Counted from the first letter of the stretch, positions 41,117 through 49,891 are shown. The stretch: DNA of 64,000 nucleotides from Gammaproteobacteria bacterium (GCA_030617815.1 JAUWUS010000002.1:2867-66866); one strand, 5' to 3'. Numbers and translations: made by a program. The notes: a model not told the origin generated them from the letters alone.

Positions 41117-42164
41117 CTTTAAAGCCTGAGAAGGGTTTAATTCGTTTAAACCAATGGCGTAATTGTTTCCGTGTGACTGTTATTATTTTTGTATCTGTAA
41201 TTATTTTTATTTTGTTGATTGTACTATTTATCAATAATTCATTACAAGGCGTTAAAAAATCAGTTTCTATCTCACTCAATGTTTGCATAAAGCTATACAG
41301 ATCGCGACGTTGAACATGTTTTGACAACATGTCTAACACAACAAAATTATTATCCTTTTCAATGTTTTTTAAAAAGCCACCCTCCAGCGGTAAAACATCA
41401 AAACCACAATGATAACCAAGCCCTGAGAAAAAAATATTATTCGTTAAAATATTATCATAGTGTGAATTTAAATTATTCTCGGGCAAGCAACCTCCCCCCC
41501 AAAGCCATACACTGTTTGCCGTGACTATATTGCGAGATTCACGTTCAAAATTTACATTTGTGCCATGCAGCAACATTTGTAACTCATTGATGATTTTCCA
41601 CCAGTAGTTTGCATCATCCCCTGTTACTAAAAACTGGTTAACATCACCCCCTAAAGCTTTCGCAATGGGCATTGTAATTAAATCAACGGGGTTTTCTAAA
41701 TGTAAATACCAACGATGAGGAGCGAATGTATACAGTGTCCAGGGTTCATCAGTGAAATGTGTATTAATATGCTCTACCAGTTTATTCGCTTCTTCCTGAG
41801 TCAACGCCAACTCATCATGAGCGACAAGAAGTGCGGTATCTCCATCAGCTTGCATATTAACGGGATCAGCCCGTAACCAATATGAGTCTGTATTAATTTC
41901 TACATCAACTGTTGTTTCAGCAAGCAAAGATAAGGCCGCAAAAGGTTTATCTATATTTTTATCAACGGATAAACCTAATTCTGAAAAAACAACATCATCC
42001 TGATGGGTTGATTTTTCCACAAAACCACGCGAAAGCCATTTCTCCAGAACAGGAAATTTAACTACAGGTAACTGAGAAAGTTCATCTTTAGATAATTTAG
42101 ACAATGTTGACTGAAAGCCAAATAAATCGGGAATATAAAATGTTAGAGTGGATTCACCGGGCAC
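41109..42164 (-). CDS. Conserved hypothetical protein, possibly RpfE-type regulatory protein family
   Basis: 351 aa with no catalytic motif I recognise. It lies immediately upstream of recJ and overlaps it by 8 nt, the position occupied by rpfE in Xanthomonas by my recollection. GTG start. Confidence 0.4.
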   Translation of the reverse strand: MPGESTLTFYIPDLFGFQSTLSKLSKDELSQLPVVKFPVLEKWLSRGFVEKSTHQDDVVFSELGLSVDKNIDKPFAALSLLAETTVDVEINTDSYWLRADPVNMQADGDTALLVAHDELALTQEEANKLVEHINTHFTDEPWTLYTFAPHRWYLHLENPVDLITMPIAKALGGDVNQFLVTGDDANYWWKIINELQMLLHGTNVNFERESRNIVTANSVWLWGGGCLPENNLNSHYDNILTNNIFFSGLGYHCGFDVLPLEGGFLKNIEKDNNFVVLDMLSKHVQRRDLYSFMQTLSEIETDFLTPCNELLINSTINKIKIITDTKIITVTRKQLRHWFKRIKPFSGFKDA

Positions 42165-42212
42165 GATAGGGAAATCTCTGGTTTATTATAAATTAAGTAT
42201 CAACCAAAATTT

Positions 42213-42338
42213 CTGACGTTTTTTCTAGCAAGGCAAAAGCGAATTTTAAAAACGGAGTTGGCACTAGCCAATGAGTATTTAAAAATTCGTTTTTCCCATA
42301 GGCACCCTTGAGGTGAACGCCGCTAGAGTGAACGTCAG
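42213..42338. repeat. 126-bp structured intergenic element with terminal inverted repeats
   Basis: Ends ctgacgttttttctagc and gctagagtgaacgtcag are inverted repeats. The internal stem is aaaagcgaattttaaa / tttaaaaattcgtttt around hairpin tggc-acta-gcca. A 31-nt core, cgtttttcccataggcacccttgaggtgaac (42288-42318), is identical to 63233-63263. Confidence 0.75.
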
Positions 42339-42345
42339 GAATTTT

Positions 42346-43422
42346 TTACATGTTGTCTAGGATAGCTTTTCTAACATCTTCTAATGTTGCCGGTACATTA
42401 ATTAATGGCCGTGTACTTTGCTCAATCGCAGTATCAGGATCTTTCAAACCATGACCGGTTAAGGTACAAACAATTTTACTGCCTTCAGGGATTTTTCCCG
42501 ATTGGATATCCATCATCGCACCGGCTAAAGAAGTCGCCGATGCAGGTTCACAGAAGATACCTTCTTTTTCTGCAAGCAGTTTTTGTGCTTGAAGAATAAC
42601 CTCATCAGTACATTCATCAAACCAACCTTTTGATTCTTCTTTTACTACCCAGGCTTTGTCCCAGCTTTGCGGGTGACCAATACGAATCGCTGTCGCAACA
42701 GTTTCAGGATCATCTACCATTTTGCCACGCATAAAGGGTGCTGAACCAGCAGCTTGATAGCCAACCATTTTAGGTCGACTATTAACAATACCGTTCTCAT
42801 GGTATTCGCTGTAACCCATCCAGTGTGCAGTAATGTTGCCGGCGTTACCTACAGGAATACAATGGAAGTCAGGTGCACAACCTAACTCTTCAATAATTTC
42901 AAACGCAGCTGTTTTCTGACCTTGTATACGATAAGGATTAATTGAATTAACAATCGTGACTGGCGCTTCTTTACCCACTTGTTTAACCAGTTCCATACCA
43001 TCATCAAAGTTACCTTTGATTTGAATAACAACCGCACCGTGCATCATTGCCTGTGCAAGTTTTCCTAAAGCAATCTTCCCTTCAGGAATTAATACAAATG
43101 CAATAATGCCCGCACGCGCAGCATACGCGGCAGCGGCGGCCGAAGTATTTCCCGTTGATGCACAAATAATCGCTTTGCTGCCTTCCTCAACCGCTTTGGT
43201 AACCGCCATGGTCATGCCACGATCTTTAAACGAACCGGTTGGGTTTAAGCCTTCATATTTGATATAGATATCAACATCTTTACCTAATGTATCCGGAATA
43301 TTATGTAAACGAATTAGCGGTGTATTACCCTCGCCTAAACTAATGATGCGTGTGTCATCATGAACAGGTAAACGATCACGATAACGATCAATCAGGCCGG
43401 TGTAACGATTACGAAAAGGCAT
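42346..43422 (-). CDS. thrC: Threonine synthase
   Basis: PLP-lysine motif NPTGSFKDRG. 358 aa (short form), downstream of hom. Confidence 0.93.
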   Translation of the reverse strand: MPFRNRYTGLIDRYRDRLPVHDDTRIISLGEGNTPLIRLHNIPDTLGKDVDIYIKYEGLNPTGSFKDRGMTMAVTKAVEEGSKAIICASTGNTSAAAAAYAARAGIIAFVLIPEGKIALGKLAQAMMHGAVVIQIKGNFDDGMELVKQVGKEAPVTIVNSINPYRIQGQKTAAFEIIEELGCAPDFHCIPVGNAGNITAHWMGYSEYHENGIVNSRPKMVGYQAAGSAPFMRGKMVDDPETVATAIRIGHPQSWDKAWVVKEESKGWFDECTDEVILQAQKLLAEKEGIFCEPASATSLAGAMMDIQSGKIPEGSKIVCTLTGHGLKDPDTAIEQSTRPLINVPATLEDVRKAILDNM

Positions 43423-43443
43423 TGCAAAACTCCTAAAATTAAA

Positions 43444-44760
43444 TTAACTAGCCTCGAGGCTTTCCATACGAATGCGAGTCACTTCACCGCTAATCGTATC
43501 TAATGATTCTATTTGTTGAATCGCTTCATTCATTTGTTTCTCTAGCACCGTATGCGTCAACATGATTACACTTGCTTCGGCTGAACCACCTTGTGGTTCT
43601 TTCTGGATAATTGCTTCTATACTTATGCCCTTATCACCTAAGATACGAGTGACGTTTGCTAATACACCCGGTTCATCTTTCACTTGCATACGTAAATAAT
43701 AAGCGGTTTCAACGTCTTCCATTTTCAAGATAGGTAAGTCCGATAAGCTATCGGGCTGAAACGCAAGATGCGGCACACGATTTTCCGGATCAGAGGTTAA
43801 GACACGAACCACATCAACAACATCCGCCACAACAGCAGAGGCTGTTGGTTCTGCACCTGCGCCTGCACCATAATATAAAGTTGGTCCTACAGCATCACCC
43901 TGAACAAGCACTGCATTCATCACTCCATCCACATTCGCAATCAGACGACGTTCAGGTATTAATGTTGGATGCACTCTTAACTCAATACCTTTATCAGTAC
44001 GACGAGTGATACCTAAATGTTTAATGCGATAACCTAATTCTTCCGCATAGGTTACATCTTCACGGGTAATTTTAGTGATGCCTTCAGTGAATGCTTTTTC
44101 AAACTGCAATGGAATGCCAAAAGCAATCGAAGCAAGAATAGTTAACTTATGCGCAGCATCTATTCCTTCAACATCAAACTCCGGATCAGCTTCTGCATAA
44201 CCCAGTTCTTGTGCTTCTTTTAAAACATCATCGAAGTCACGACCTTTGTCGCGCATCTCGGTAAGAATAAAATTACCCGTACCATTAATAATACCGGCTA
44301 ACCATTCAATTTGATTACCCGCAAGTCCTTCACGAATTGCTTTAATGATCGGTATGCCACCCGCCACTGCGGCTTCAAAAGCAACAATCACACCTTTAGC
44401 CTGTGCTGCTGCAAAAATTTCATTGCCGTGTTTTGCAATTAAGGCTTTATTAGCAGTAACAACGTGTTTGCCATTTTCAATTGCGCGCATAACCAGATCA
44501 CGCGCTAAGGTATCGCCACCAATAAGTTCAATAACAATCGCAATTTCAGGATCTTCAACTACCTCTTTCGGATCTGCTGTAATAATAATGCCATCGGTAG
44601 AACAAATTCGGGGTTTATTTAGATCACGCGCAGCAGCATGAGTCACAACAATGCCACGACCAGCACGGCGTGCAATTTCTTCTGCATTACGTTGCAAAAC
44701 ATTAACCGTACCACCACCGACAGTCCCCAGACCAAGTATGCCAACTTTAACCGGATCCAC
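43444..44760 (-). CDS. hom: Homoserine dehydrogenase
   Basis: NAD-binding GLGTVGGG, catalytic-domain motifs, and a C-terminal ACT domain. Confidence 0.95.
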   Translation of the reverse strand: MDPVKVGILGLGTVGGGTVNVLQRNAEEIARRAGRGIVVTHAAARDLNKPRICSTDGIIITADPKEVVEDPEIAIVIELIGGDTLARDLVMRAIENGKHVVTANKALIAKHGNEIFAAAQAKGVIVAFEAAVAGGIPIIKAIREGLAGNQIEWLAGIINGTGNFILTEMRDKGRDFDDVLKEAQELGYAEADPEFDVEGIDAAHKLTILASIAFGIPLQFEKAFTEGITKITREDVTYAEELGYRIKHLGITRRTDKGIELRVHPTLIPERRLIANVDGVMNAVLVQGDAVGPTLYYGAGAGAEPTASAVVADVVDVVRVLTSDPENRVPHLAFQPDSLSDLPILKMEDVETAYYLRMQVKDEPGVLANVTRILGDKGISIEAIIQKEPQGGSAEASVIMLTHTVLEKQMNEAIQQIESLDTISGEVTRIRMESLEAS

Positions 44761-44765
44761 TATTT

Positions 44766-45962
44766 TTATTCCCCTGTCTCAATTTTATAATTCTTAAACA
44801 TATCTCTGATTCCTCGTACTGCCTGACGCGTACGGTGTTCGTTTTCTATTAAACCAAAGCGCACATGATCATCACCATAATCACCAAATCCTATTCCTGG
44901 TGAGACTGCCACTTTCGCTTCTTTAAGTAATAATTTTGTAAACTCTAACGAGCCCATCTCTTTAAACTGCTCCGGAATGGGCGCCCAAACAAACATGGTT
45001 GCTTTGGGTTTTTCAACTTTCCAGCCCAGTGCATTTAACCCTTCACACAAAACGTCACGACGGCTTTGATACATATCGCTAATTTCCCGAACACAATCTT
45101 GCGGGCCTTCCAAAGCAGCAATCGCTGCAACCTGAATAGGCGTGAACATACCGTAATCAAGATAGGACTTCATTCGCGCTAATGCGGCAACCAAAATAGG
45201 ATTACCGACCATAAAGCCCACTCGCCAGCCCGGCATATTATAACTTTTTGAGAGCGAATAAAATTCAACTGCAACTTCTTTAGCGCCTTCGACCTGCAAA
45301 ATTGAAGGTGCTTTGTAGCCATCAAAAACAACATCGGCATAAGCAATATCGTGCACAACCCAAATTTCATGCTCACGGGCAATATTGACCACTTTTTCAA
45401 AAAATTCGAGTTCCACACATTGTGTAGTTGGATTGCCAGGAAAATTCAATACCAGCATTTTCGGTTTCGGCCAGGTATCTTTAATCGCCTTTTCCAGCTC
45501 TTCAAAAAAATCACTGTCTGGAACTAATGGGACATGACGAATATCCGCACCAGCAATCACAAATCCATATGGGTGAATCGGATAAGACGGGTTAGGCACT
45601 AAAACCGCATCCCCCGGCCCAACGGTTGCCATCGCCAGATGAGCCAAACCTTCTTTAGAGCCAATAGTGACAATGGCTTCTGATTCGGGGTCTAAATCGA
45701 CGTCAAAACGTGATTTATACCAATTACATATTGCGCGACGCAGCCTCGGAATACCTCGGGACAGCGAATAACGGTGAGTATCGGGGCGTTGTGCCACCTC
45801 AATCAGTTTATCGACAATATGTTTAGGCGTCGGCTGATCAGGGTTACCCATGCCAAAATCAATAATATCTTCACCACGCGCGCGGGCCTCTGCCTTTAGT
45901 TCATTAACAATATTAAAGACATAAGGGGGTAAACGGTTAATTCTCGGAAAATCTTCTCTCAA
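44766..45962 (-). CDS. Class I/II PLP-dependent aminotransferase (AlaC/aspartate aminotransferase-like)
   Basis: RLPPYVF N-terminus, GMGNPD, and PLP-lysine motif [17 protein letters not shown] start. Confidence 0.88.
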   Translation of the reverse strand: MREDFPRINRLPPYVFNIVNELKAEARARGEDIIDFGMGNPDQPTPKHIVDKLIEVAQRPDTHRYSLSRGIPRLRRAICNWYKSRFDVDLDPESEAIVTIGSKEGLAHLAMATVGPGDAVLVPNPSYPIHPYGFVIAGADIRHVPLVPDSDFFEELEKAIKDTWPKPKMLVLNFPGNPTTQCVELEFFEKVVNIAREHEIWVVHDIAYADVVFDGYKAPSILQVEGAKEVAVEFYSLSKSYNMPGWRVGFMVGNPILVAALARMKSYLDYGMFTPIQVAAIAALEGPQDCVREISDMYQSRRDVLCEGLNALGWKVEKPKATMFVWAPIPEQFKEMGSLEFTKLLLKEAKVAVSPGIGFGDYGDDHVRFGLIENEHRTRQAVRGIRDMFKNYKIETGE

Positions 45963-46161
45963 AGGAGGTATCCAACTCGAAATGGTTATATGGGGCTAAT
46001 TTTAGCCATATTTTAACAGGTGAAAACTTCACACTCCAGCCGTTTTTCTCGGTTTCACAAAGCTGGTAACATTAACGGTTCATTAAGCATACTGTCAATG
46101 ACAGATCCTTATAAAACAAGGCGATAGCCTCATTTTTATCAAATTTTAAGGAAAACAATCG

Positions 46162-46605
46162 GTGAAATTCGTTCTTGAAACAGGCCTGAATATTCTTATT
46201 CACAGTTATGATGTCGATATGATTTCCATTACCGGCATTAGTCCTGAACATCCCGGGCTTAAATCAGGGCTTATTGATGAATGGGATGCGGATAACCATT
46301 TAGGTATTTTCCGAAAAAGTGTCTCACTAAGGACAAATGGAGCAATTAAAGGCTGGCCACCTCAGAATGTGGCTGAGTTTAATCCTGAGCACTTTTCAGG
46401 TTTTGTAGAAGATCAACCAGAAATAGTCTTACTAGGAACAGGACAACATTTACACTTTCCACCTCAAGACTGTTTAGCCTTTTTACAGCAACAAAACATT
46501 GGCTACGAAGTAATGGATACCGCTGCTGCATGCCGAACCTTTAATGTATTAGCTGCAGAAGGCAGAGATGTTATCCTGGCAATGCTAATGATTAAAACAA
46601 ACTGA
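46162..46605 (+). CDS. Mth938-like (DUF498 / NDUFAF3-like) domain protein
   Basis: IVLLGTGQHLHFPP...GYEVMDTAAACRTFNVLAAEGR pattern. GTG start. Confidence 0.7.
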   Translation: MKFVLETGLNILIHSYDVDMISITGISPEHPGLKSGLIDEWDADNHLGIFRKSVSLRTNGAIKGWPPQNVAEFNPEHFSGFVEDQPEIVLLGTGQHLHFPPQDCLAFLQQQNIGYEVMDTAAACRTFNVLAAEGRDVILAMLMIKTN

Positions 46606-46607
46606 CA

Positions 46608-46982
46608 TTATTGTGTCGTATAGATAAAATTCGGTTGTATATGCTTAATATATTCTGAACCTATGATGTCATTTTTCAAACGCTCAATGCCTGGGTTCTT
46701 TTTTAATTCAACCAGATAACGATCTTGCTTAAGATCTTTAATTAACCGAATATCATATGCATTCAAACTGTTTAATGCATCTGTAATTTTGCTGCCTTCT
46801 TTTAAGACAATAATATATTCAGAACTGTTTTTCTTAATCTTATCTGGATTATTTAAAATTTGAGTTTCGATATCGTTACTATTATTTTTAGCTTCTTTAC
46901 AGCCAGAAAATACAACAACTCCAGCGAATAAAATAAAATATAATAATCTGCAATTAAATATTTTATTGAACAACCGCCACAA
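46608..46982 (-). CDS. Lipoprotein consisting of a stand-alone subtilase propeptide (inhibitor I9)-like domain
   Basis: Lipobox VVFSGC. The mature part YIIVLKEG...RYLVELKKNPGIERLKNDIIGSEYIKHIQPNFIY parallels the propeptide of the adjacent S8 protease (ILVRFKSS...NPNIEYAQPNYIY). The start is TTG at 46982 or, with better spacing from GAGG, TTG at 46973. It overlaps the protease stop. Confidence 0.6.
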   Translation of the reverse strand: MWRLFNKIFNCRLLYFILFAGVVVFSGCKEAKNNSNDIETQILNNPDKIKKNSSEYIIVLKEGSKITDALNSLNAYDIRLIKDLKQDRYLVELKKNPGIERLKNDIIGSEYIKHIQPNFIYTTQ

Positions 46983-48843
46983 CCTCTGTTGGTTGAGTGA
47001 TATAAGCTAAAGCCCCCATTGCATTCGCAGCCCGACCTGTCGATGTTTTTCCTGATAACGCAGCGACAGTCTCACCTCCATTTTTTATTGCTTCGACTGT
47101 TTGTGCATAAGTATAATTCGGATTAAATGCTCTAATCATTGTTGCAATACCAGCAACATGAGGAGAGGACATGGATGTTCCGCTAGATACATTGTAGCTA
47201 CTGCTGTTTGTCTGCAGAGTATTAATACGGAAATTATTAATTCCTATCCCCTTTTTCACAACAGTGTCATCAGAGGTAAGACGAAAACCGAGTGAGCATG
47301 TTGAAGTGATACATGATGAAATATTTAATTTTGCAATACCTTCTTGAGTACCAGATATATTAAGTAAAGTCGTACCTCCAACAGCAAAGGGATCACCGCC
47401 ACTGCTTTTCATTGAATTAGAGAAAAAATCGAAGCCAGCTTCAGTATCAAATGATACGAAATAATATAATTCAGCTGCAAGGAATCCGCTTAAGTTGAAA
47501 CTTTTATATGCCCTGTCATCAGCATTATTTGCATATGTCCCATTACTGCACCAATCTGAAGGATTAAAGAGTGTATTGGTTAATGCGCAGGTGCCAGTTG
47601 TCCAGCCACCGCTTAAGATCCAACCACTTGTTAAGTCATCGGTTATTATTTGTCCTGCCCAACTACTAAGTACATTTGTGCCAGGCGCACCAACATCAAC
47701 ACTGGTTGCACCGTAATTAGAAAAACTTGCCAATGAATAAGACTGATCGAGTGCAGCTACACAAAGCAAATTGTCCTGATCAAAACTACAGGGCTGGTAA
47801 ATGGTATTAACATCACCATCATCACCGCCGCCAAAAATCGGCCTATTGTCATCAATATCATCACCGTCACCATCAGTGCCTCCGTTCCCTGCAGCAACCA
47901 CAATAACTACATCACGGTCTTGTGCATAAGTAATAGCATCTTTGAAAAGTGTATCTAAAATACTTTCACCACCTAAACTCATATTGATTACACTGGCACC
48001 ATTATCAGCAGCAAATTGTATCCCGGAAATGATATCCGCGGTATCACCAAAGCCGTTTTCATCGAGCACCCGCACTGACATAATACTTGCTTGCCAGCAA
48101 ACACCTGTCACACCTGCGTTATTATCACCAACAGCACCAATTGTGCCCGCTACATGAGTACCATGATCTTCCCCTCCTCCCACTGGCAGAGGATCGTTAT
48201 CACTATCAACAAAATCCCATCCATGATTAGGGATTCCTACGCCTGAGCCATCCCACATATTTGCTGCTAAATCCAGGTGAGTGTAGTTAATACCGGTATC
48301 GATTACCGCCACCACCTTTGAACTGCAATCGGTAATTTGACCCCAGGCTGATTCCGCATCAATATCAAAAAAAACTATAGCCGTAGGGTCTGGTGGATTA
48401 TTGGTTGGGTAATCTGGATCAGATATCGTTTGTCCTGTATTTTTCATTCCCCAAAGCTGGGGGAAACTTGTATCATTGGGTAAGGCAGTAGCATGATAAA
48501 TATAATTTGGTTGAGCATACTCGATATTAGGATTACTTTGATAAGCTTCAATCGCAGCACTAACTGTTTCACCTAATGACAATTTCACTTTTGAAATATT
48601 CATTATTCCACTAACTAATTTAACTGAACGGGCACCCTGACTTGCAACGCTAAGTTGTTGTGCCTGAATCGTCATACTTGATTTAAAGCGAACTAATATT
48701 TCGCCCTGCACAAATTTTTCTTTCACGCTGGATGGTTGTATCGGAAAAGACAGTGGTGGTGCTGCGAAAACATTACTCATAATAGGTGTAGTGAGTGCGA
48801 GAACAATCAATGTTTTATTGCTGATGATAAAAGATGCATTCAT
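46963..48843 (-). CDS. Secreted S8 family serine peptidase (subtilisin-like) with an internal domain insertion
   Basis: Signal peptide and I9-like propeptide. Triad motifs VAVIDTGI (D182), HGTHVAG (H227) and GTSMSSPHVAG (S557), with oxyanion AAGN (N320). About 150 aa are inserted between APGTNVLSS and the Ser motif. Confidence 0.9.
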   Translation of the reverse strand: MNASFIISNKTLIVLALTTPIMSNVFAAPPLSFPIQPSSVKEKFVQGEILVRFKSSMTIQAQQLSVASQGARSVKLVSGIMNISKVKLSLGETVSAAIEAYQSNPNIEYAQPNYIYHATALPNDTSFPQLWGMKNTGQTISDPDYPTNNPPDPTAIVFFDIDAESAWGQITDCSSKVVAVIDTGINYTHLDLAANMWDGSGVGIPNHGWDFVDSDNDPLPVGGGEDHGTHVAGTIGAVGDNNAGVTGVCWQASIMSVRVLDENGFGDTADIISGIQFAADNGASVINMSLGGESILDTLFKDAITYAQDRDVVIVVAAGNGGTDGDGDDIDDNRPIFGGGDDGDVNTIYQPCSFDQDNLLCVAALDQSYSLASFSNYGATSVDVGAPGTNVLSSWAGQIITDDLTSGWILSGGWTTGTCALTNTLFNPSDWCSNGTYANNADDRAYKSFNLSGFLAAELYYFVSFDTEAGFDFFSNSMKSSGGDPFAVGGTTLLNISGTQEGIAKLNISSCITSTCSLGFRLTSDDTVVKKGIGINNFRINTLQTNSSSYNVSSGTSMSSPHVAGIATMIRAFNPNYTYAQTVEAIKNGGETVAALSGKTSTGRAANAMGALAYITQPTEVVAVVQ

Positions 48844-48857
48844 GTTATATTTTTCCT

Positions 48858-49469
48858 TTAAGACACTACCAGAGTTATTTCTACTGAAGCAGTACTGCTA
48901 CTACCACCCGTTGAGCTCGGAGCATTTAGTGCAGAATAAGCAACTATGCGTATATAATATGTACCAGGAATCAATTGAACCTGAGTCGATGTTGGCGCAG
49001 TTGGGCCTGAAATATATGAAACATCAATTTCGGTTACGCCACTATCAGAAATATTAAATCCAGAATTAGAACTATAATAAACCTTATACCCGCCACCACT
49101 TAGATTAACCGCTGTCTCGGGATTTGCACTCCATGATATATTAACTGTAGAAAAGGGAACGACAGTGACGGTGACTGTTTTAGTATAAATTTTTGCATCC
49201 GTATCAGTCACCGTTAAAGTGTAAGTCGTTGTAGATGCAGGCGTTACTGATACCGCTACACCTGACGTAACACTACCCACCCCGTTATCAATAACACCCG
49301 TTCCGCTTGTAAAAGTTGCAGTAAGATTAACACTTTGACCGCTTACAATAGTCTCCGATGAGGCAACAAAACTGGTAATTGGATTCGGAGTGCCACCACC
49401 ACTACCGCCACAAGCGGTAAGAGTAAAAATACTTAACATTATTAATAAAAAATGAATTTTAACATTCAT
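48858..49469 (-). CDS. Lipoprotein with Ig-like and FN3-like beta-sandwich repeats
   Basis: Lipobox FTLTACGGSGGG. TTTYTLTVTDTDAKIYTKTVTVTV (Ig-like) then ISWSANPE...YKVYYS...GTYYIRIVAYS (FN3-like). Lies 14 nt upstream of the protease gene. Confidence 0.65.
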   Translation of the reverse strand: MNVKIHFLLIMLSIFTLTACGGSGGGTPNPITSFVASSETIVSGQSVNLTATFTSGTGVIDNGVGSVTSGVAVSVTPASTTTYTLTVTDTDAKIYTKTVTVTVVPFSTVNISWSANPETAVNLSGGGYKVYYSSNSGFNISDSGVTEIDVSYISGPTAPTSTQVQLIPGTYYIRIVAYSALNAPSSTGGSSSTASVEITLVVS

Positions 49470-49670
49470 AACAAATATTTCCCTATATTTAAAAACGATA
49501 ATTTATTTAAGAATATTCATACGTAGGGGGGATCAATTATCCTAAATAATGACAAAATACTCACTTTGCAGTTATTTATCAATTTTGACAACATAATAAT
49601 AGTTAAACTGTAACAGTTTCAATTAATACAATATAGGCAATATGGGATTTTTGTATAGCCAGAGTGCGAA

Positions 49671-49748
49671 CTGAATCAACTTGCATGGATCCCGTGCCAG
49701 TTCTTCCAGGCATAAAAAAAGCGCTACCCTCAAATGAGCAACGCTTTT
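49671..49748. repeat. Copy 1 of a ~75-bp repeat (tgaatcaactt tag, tRNA-Leu-like 13-mer, bidirectional terminator hairpin)
   Basis: Roughly 80 percent identical by eye to 49892-49964. Contains cccgtgccagttc (49691-49703), the exact reverse complement of tRNA-Leu positions 49991-50003, and the hairpin agcgct...agcaacgct flanked by A- and T-runs. Confidence 0.75.
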
Positions 49749-49760
49749 TAAACGGTTGTT

Positions 49761-49790
49761 CATCCTTCGACAGGCTCAGGACGAACGGGG
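49761..49790. repeat. Short element catccttcgacaggctcaggacgaacgggg (the HPSTGSGRT / VRPEPVEG-type repeat seen in many bacterial genomes)
   Basis: The sequence is recognised from recurrent spurious ORFs in other genomes. It is followed by the small hairpins cgcac-ttca-gtgcg, ccccctta-gaa-taaggggg and gacca-agga-tggtc. Confidence 0.5.
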
Positions 49791-49891
49791 TTGTAGTAGG
49801 CAGTGAGCAGACTCGATAATTTTGTCTGGAACAAAATTAGACGCACTTCAGTGCGCCCCCTTAGAATAAGGGGGTGAAGACCAAGGATGGT

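Noticed and set aside
41035-41313. 92-aa plus-strand ORF across the recJ / rpfE-like junction.
   Set aside because: It is antisense to two overlapping, well-supported minus-strand genes. The hydrophobic low-complexity translation is typical of AT-rich shadow frames.
45961-45995. Plus-strand AGGAGG followed by an ATG, suggesting a small divergent gene upstream of the aminotransferase.
   Set aside because: The ATG opens only a 5-codon frame (MVIWG-stop). The AGGAGG is the complement of sequence adjacent to the TTG start of the minus-strand gene.
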